Positions 45,693-49,920 of a stretch of DNA of 49,920 nt are shown here, piece after piece. Within the stretch, counting starts at the first letter, position 1. Every line of letters starts with the position of its first letter. The DNA is from Gemmatimonadota bacterium (lineage in GTDB: Bacteria; Gemmatimonadota; Gemmatimonadetes; Gemmatimonadales; JACORV01), in the NCBI GenBank assembly GCA_016179225.1, contig JACORV010000039.1:1-49920 (forward strand), written 5' to 3'. The notes beneath the pieces were generated by a model. The model saw only the letters and a program-made list of their open reading frames with translations, was not told the origin of the DNA and ran no database searches. Position numbers and translations under genes: made by a program.

Positions 45693-46937
45693 GTGGCGCG
45701 CCCACGCCTGCTGCTGTTGCTTCCCACCACGACGTACCGGGCCGCCGCGTTCGTGGAAGCCGCACGCCGTCTCGACCTCGATCTCACCGTCGCGTCGGAT
45801 CACGCGAGCGTTTTCGCCGCCGTGGAGCCGACCGCGCTGATGGCGCTCGACTTCGCACGGCCCGAGCGCGCCGCGACCGAGGTCCTCTCGTTCGCGGCCG
45901 AGCATCCCGTCGCGGCGGTCGTCGGCGTGGACGATGATACGGCGGTCCTCGCCGCCGCCATCGCCGAGGCGCTGGGCCTCCGTCACAATTCGGTCCCTGC
46001 GACGATTGCGGCGCGCGACAAGCACCGGCAGCGCGTCCTGCTCATAGAGGCGGGCCTGCCCGTGCCTCCCTTCGCGCTGCACTCGGTGACGGACGATCCC
46101 GAGTTACCGGCGCGGGACGCACCCTACCCGTGCGTCCTCAAGCCGCTCCGGCTCTCGGCGAGCCGCGGCGTCATCCGAGCGGACACGCCGGAGGAGTTTG
46201 TCGCCGCGTTCCGCCGGATCGCGCGCATTCTGGAGGAGCCCGACGCGGCGGCCTGCGGGGAGCCGGCTCGGCGAATCCTAGTGGAGTCGTTCGTGCCGGG
46301 CGCGGAGGTCGCGCTCGAGGGGCTGCTGGACGACGGCCGGCTGCGCGTGCTCGCGCTCTTCGACAAGCCCGATCTTCTGGACGGGCCGTTCTTCGAGGAA
46401 ACGATCTACGTCACGCCGAGCCGCCTGCCAGCGGCCGTGCAACGCGCGATTATGCGGTGCACGGAGCGCGCGGCGCGGGCGCTTGGCCTCGAGCGCGGGC
46501 CGATCCACGCCGAGCTGCGCACCAACGCGCGCGGGCCGTGGGTGATCGAGGTTGCGGCACGACCCATCGGCGGGCGGTGCGGGCAGGTGCTCCGCTTCGG
46601 GGAGGGGGAGGGCGCGATCTCGCTGGAGGAGCTGCTGCTCCGGCACGCGCTCGGCCTACCGGTCGCGAGCTTCGAGCGCGAGCGCGCCGCCTCGGCCGTG
46701 ATGATGATCCCGACGCCGCGGGCCGGCCGGCTCTCGGAGTTACGCGGCGTGGACGACGCGCGCGCGGTGCCCGGCGTTGACGCCGTGGCCATCACCGCCC
46801 ACCGGGGCCAGCAGCTGGTGCCGCTGCCGGAGGGCTCGCGCTATCTGGGGTTCATCTTCGCGCATGCCGATGCGCCCGAAGCCGCCACGCGGGCGCTGCA
46901 CGCGGCGCACGCCAAACTGGACATCGTCATCACTTAG
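45693..46937 (+). CDS. ATP-grasp domain protein (carboxylate-amine ligase type)
   Basis: GTG 45693 is the first start after the upstream stop. Motifs ARDKHRQRVLL..AGLPVP, YPCVLKP, ILVESFVPGAEVALEG and IEVAARPIGG. Confidence 0.8.
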   Translation: MARPRLLLLLPTTTYRAAAFVEAARRLDLDLTVASDHASVFAAVEPTALMALDFARPERAATEVLSFAAEHPVAAVVGVDDDTAVLAAAIAEALGLRHNSVPATIAARDKHRQRVLLIEAGLPVPPFALHSVTDDPELPARDAPYPCVLKPLRLSASRGVIRADTPEEFVAAFRRIARILEEPDAAACGEPARRILVESFVPGAEVALEGLLDDGRLRVLALFDKPDLLDGPFFEETIYVTPSRLPAAVQRAIMRCTERAARALGLERGPIHAELRTNARGPWVIEVAARPIGGRCGQVLRFGEGEGAISLEELLLRHALGLPVASFERERAASAVMMIPTPRAGRLSELRGVDDARAVPGVDAVAITAHRGQQLVPLPEGSRYLGFIFAHADAPEAATRALHAAHAKLDIVIT

Positions 46938-46943
46938 GGGCAC

Positions 46944-48344
46944 ATGAGACTGTCACCCGTTCTCGCCGCCGCGCTTGCCGGCGCGCTCGCCGCGCCGAAC
47001 GCCCTCGCCGCGCAGGCCGCGGCGGGCGATCCCATCCGCGTCCGCTACCAGGCAGTGGCCGACCGCATTATCGCTGAGGCCACGCGCGACAGCTCGGCGT
47101 GGCAGCGGCTCGCCCGGATGGTTGACACCTTCGGCCACCGCCTCAGCGGCTCGACGAGCCTCGAGCAGGCGATCGACTGGGTGCTGGCCGAGATGCGGCG
47201 CGACGGCCTCGAGAACGTGCGCGGCGAGCCGGTGATGGTGCCGCGCTGGGTGCGCGGCAGCGAGTCGGCCGAGCTGGTGTCGCCCCGCCCGCAGCGCCTG
47301 CCGATGCTCGGTCTGGGCGGCAGCGTGGGCACCCCCCGGGGCGGCATCACGGCGGAGGTGCTCGTTGTGAGCAGCTTCGCCGAGCTCCAGGCGCGCGCGG
47401 CGGAGGCCCGTGGGAAAATCGTTCTCTTCGACGTGCCGTTCACGGGCTACGGCCAGACGGTGCAGTACCGGGCGGGCGGTCCGAGCGCCGCGGCGCGCGC
47501 GGGCGCGGTGGCGTGCCTCATTCGATCGGTGGCGGCATACTCGATCCGCTCCCCGCACACCGGCGCGCTGCGCTACGACTCGACTGTGCAGCAGATCCCC
47601 GCCGCGGCGCTCGCCGCCGAGGACGCCATGATGCTCCGCCGGATGCAGGAGCGCGGCGATCGCGTCGTGGTTCGCCTCACGATGGAGGCGCGGACGCTGC
47701 CCGACGCCCCGTCGCGGAACGTGGTGGCGGAGATCGTGGGCAGCGAGCGTCCCGGTGAGGTCGTGGTTGTGGGCGGGCACATCGACTCGTGGGACGTGGG
47801 GCAGGGAGCGATGGACGACGGTGGCGGCGTGGTCGCGGCCTGGGAGGCGTTGCGCGTGATCCAGCGGCTCGGCCTCCGGCCGCGGCGAACGGTGCGCGTG
47901 GCCGGCTGGACGAACGAGGAGAACGGGCTGCGCGGCGGCAACGCGTATCGCGACGCGCACGCCGCCGAGCTGGACAGTCACGTCCTCGCGATCGAGACCG
48001 ACGGCGGCGTCTTCCGGCCGCTCGGTTACGGCTTCACGGGCTCCGACTCGGCGATGGCGATCGTGCGGCAGGTGGGGAGCCTGCTGCAGTCCATCGGCGC
48101 CGATTCGATCGCGCGGGGCGGCGGCGGCGCCGACATCGGGCCGCTCATGCAGCGGGGCGTGCCGGGGATGGGGCTCATCGTGGACGGCGCCCGCTACTTC
48201 TGGTTCCACCACAGCGACGGCGACACGGTGGACAAGCTCGATCCGCGGGAGATGGCGCAGTGCGTCGCGACGCTCGCGGTCATGGCATACGTGGTGGCCG
48301 ACCTGCCGGGGCCGCTGCCGCGCGCCGCGGTCGCGACCCGCTAG
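46944..48344 (+). CDS. M28-family metallopeptidase (carboxypeptidase Q-like) with signal peptide
   Basis: Signal peptide MRLSPVLAAALAGALAAPNALAAQ. Motifs VVVVGGHIDSWDVGQGAMDDGGG, GWTNEENGL and WFHHSDGDT. Confidence 0.85.
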   Translation: MRLSPVLAAALAGALAAPNALAAQAAAGDPIRVRYQAVADRIIAEATRDSSAWQRLARMVDTFGHRLSGSTSLEQAIDWVLAEMRRDGLENVRGEPVMVPRWVRGSESAELVSPRPQRLPMLGLGGSVGTPRGGITAEVLVVSSFAELQARAAEARGKIVLFDVPFTGYGQTVQYRAGGPSAAARAGAVACLIRSVAAYSIRSPHTGALRYDSTVQQIPAAALAAEDAMMLRRMQERGDRVVVRLTMEARTLPDAPSRNVVAEIVGSERPGEVVVVGGHIDSWDVGQGAMDDGGGVVAAWEALRVIQRLGLRPRRTVRVAGWTNEENGLRGGNAYRDAHAAELDSHVLAIETDGGVFRPLGYGFTGSDSAMAIVRQVGSLLQSIGADSIARGGGGADIGPLMQRGVPGMGLIVDGARYFWFHHSDGDTVDKLDPREMAQCVATLAVMAYVVADLPGPLPRAAVATR

Positions 48345-48363
48345 CCCCGCCGCTCGAACGCGC

Positions 48364-49548
48364 ATGCCCACCACCCGCGGCCGCCTCGCGGTCATTTTTC
48401 TTACGGTCTTGATCGACCTGATCGGGTTCGGGATCGTCATCCCGATCCTGCCGTACTACGCGCAGCAGTTCGGCGCCAAGGGGCTCGGGTTCGGACTGCT
48501 TCTGGGCGCGTTCTCGGGCATGCAGTTCCTGGCCACCGCGCTGCTCGGGCGCTGGTCCGACCGGGTGGGGCGGCGGCCGATCATCCTCGCGACCACGCTG
48601 ATCAACGTGGCCGGCTACCTCCTCTTCGCGTACGCCGGCTCTTACGGGATGTTGCTGATCGCGCGGCTGATCTCGGGCTTCGCCGGCGGCAACATCTCCG
48701 CGGCGCAGGCGTACGTCGCGGACGTGACGACGAGCGCGGAGCGGTCGAAAGGGATGGGGTTGATCGGCGCTGCCTTCGGCATCGGCTTCACGGTGGGGCC
48801 AGCGGTGGGCGGGCTCGCCGGCCATTACTGGGGCCACGTGGGTCCCGGCCTGGTCGCCTCGGGGCTCTCCGCCGTGAACTTCGTGCTGGCATACCGGATC
48901 CTTCCCGAGTCTTTGAAGCAGGAGCATCGCACGGTCAGCGAGCTCTGGCCGTTCGGGCACATGGCGCAGGCCTTCGCGAACCTGCGGCTCCGCCCGCTCA
49001 TGGTCGTGTGGGCCCTGGCGCCGTTCGCGTTCGCCGGCTACACCGTGGCGCTGCCGCTCTTCGTGGTCGCGGTGTTCGGGTGGCACGAGCGCGACCTGGG
49101 CCTGCTCTTCACGGTCATCGGCATCACGGCGGCCGTGGTGCAAGGCTGGCTCTTCGGGCGGCTGGTGCGCGTCGCGGGCGACCGCGCGCTGCTCATCGCC
49201 GGTACGTTCGGGATGGCGGTGGCGATCGCGGCGGTGCCGTTCCTCTCGACGACGGCGGTGATGTACGGCTGGACGGTGGTGCTGGCGTTTGCCAACAGCG
49301 TGTTCGCGCCGGCGGCGACCGGCATGGTTTCGGTGCTCGCCGGGCCGGCGCAGCAGGGGACCGTGCTCGGCGTGGCGCAGTCACTCGGCGCGCTGGGACG
49401 CCTACTGGGCCCGGAGGCGGCGGGAACGGTGTACGACGGCGCCGGGGCGAAGGCCGCCTTCCTCGCTGCGGCGGCGATCATGGCGCTCGGCGGATTGGCT
49501 GCGCTCGGGGTGCAGCGGCCCGTCACGGGGGCGTCCAAAGCGGACTAA
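48364..49548 (+). CDS. MFS transporter (TCR/TetA-like drug:H+ antiporter type)
   Basis: 394 aa, 12 TM helices. MFS motif A: GRWSDRVGRRPII. Confidence 0.9.
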   Translation: MPTTRGRLAVIFLTVLIDLIGFGIVIPILPYYAQQFGAKGLGFGLLLGAFSGMQFLATALLGRWSDRVGRRPIILATTLINVAGYLLFAYAGSYGMLLIARLISGFAGGNISAAQAYVADVTTSAERSKGMGLIGAAFGIGFTVGPAVGGLAGHYWGHVGPGLVASGLSAVNFVLAYRILPESLKQEHRTVSELWPFGHMAQAFANLRLRPLMVVWALAPFAFAGYTVALPLFVVAVFGWHERDLGLLFTVIGITAAVVQGWLFGRLVRVAGDRALLIAGTFGMAVAIAAVPFLSTTAVMYGWTVVLAFANSVFAPAATGMVSVLAGPAQQGTVLGVAQSLGALGRLLGPEAAGTVYDGAGAKAAFLAAAAIMALGGLAALGVQRPVTGASKAD

Positions 49549-49755
49549 CTGGTGAGGGGAGTGGAGAGGGGCGCGCGACGTTCCGCCGCGGCGCGCGCCT
49601 CAAGGCGCCGGCGGCTCGAGGACCTCGGCGAGCGGGCGTCGCGGCGAGCGGCGGCGCTCAGGTCTGGCGGCGTAGCCAAGGCGGAAAGGCTGCAGCGGCA
49701 CGACGCCCCGCAGCGGCAACCGCGCGGCAAGCTCGACGCGCTCACGCTCGCCGGC

Positions 49756-49920
49756 TCAGCGTCCCGCAAACTTCGGCAGCTGGGCCCGGTGGCGTTCGAG
49801 GAACTCCTCGTAGAGGTGCGAGTCGGTGTAGTCGCGCATCTCCGAGATCCGGTCGCCGCGGAACTTCAGCACCACGCACGTCCGCTGGTCCATGACGTCC
49901 GCCGGGGCGCTCTTCAGCCA
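49756..49920 (-). CDS. CDS running off the window edge (C-terminal 54 codons). Possibly a SnoaL/NTF2-like protein.
   Basis: I translated the reverse strand: WLKSAPADVMDQRTCVVLKFRGDRISEMRDYTDSHLYEEFLERHRAQLPKFAGR*. The stop is the complement of 49756-49758. Confidence 0.45.
   Translation of the reverse strand, partial: WLKSAPADVMDQRTCVVLKFRGDRISEMRDYTDSHLYEEFLERHRAQLPKFAGR

Noticed and set aside
49570-49599. GC-rich inverted repeat GGCGCGCG-N14-CGCGCGCC between the convergent MFS and SnoaL-like genes, considered as a terminator
   Set aside because: There is no U-tract on either strand, and such GC palindromes arise easily at this base composition. I did not call it as a feature.

Overview
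A 49.9-kb, roughly 70% GC window, almost fully coding, with no rRNA, tRNA, CRISPR or mobile-element genes that I could see. Most of it is one exopolysaccharide (EPS) locus of the exosortase/PEP-CTERM type. It has four parts. (1) A + strand block (606..13280) encodes an FAD oxidoreductase, a DegT aminotransferase, a GT-C membrane glycosyltransferase, RmlA, two LpxL-like acyltransferases, an acyl-CoA dehydrogenase, an ACP, a halogenase-like flavoenzyme and an ABC importer. (2) A second + strand block (14922..20652) repeats the flavoenzyme, ACP and ABC importer and ends with an AMP-forming ligase. An alginate-export-type outer-membrane barrel gene lies between the two blocks on the - strand. (3) A 14.4-kb - strand operon (35003..20653) runs priming sugar transferase, exosortase, EpsI, GT-C protein, three tandem GT2, FAD oxidoreductase, two GT4, deacetylase, GT2, methyltransferase and two small membrane proteins. 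Most of these genes are coupled by ATGA/GTGA overlaps. (4) The regulators and export genes are a soluble histidine kinase with a sigma-54 enhancer-binding response regulator (35293..37964, -), a Wzc-like tyrosine autokinase, a degenerate REC-GGDEF protein, glmS and a Wza-like exporter. The right end (45.0-49.9 kb) is unrelated housekeeping: Nfu/NifU, ATP-grasp, M28 peptidase, MFS and a partial SnoaL-like gene. Three observations stand out. First, in both copies of the ABC substrate-binding gene, an N-terminal membrane-anchor ORF is joined in frame to the binding domain across a single TGA. A 64-nt island around that TGA is 62/64 identical between the copies and contains a hairpin, so this is a candidate selenocysteine recoding site. 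Second, five good GGCACG-N4-TTGC-type (sigma-54) promoter matches sit in front of the operons, and one of them is embedded in the acyl-CoA dehydrogenase coding sequence. Third, the halogenase-like, ACP, ligase and acyltransferase genes look like a carrier-protein-dependent tailoring pathway inside the exosortase locus. All functional calls come from reading motifs in the translations. No database search was run.
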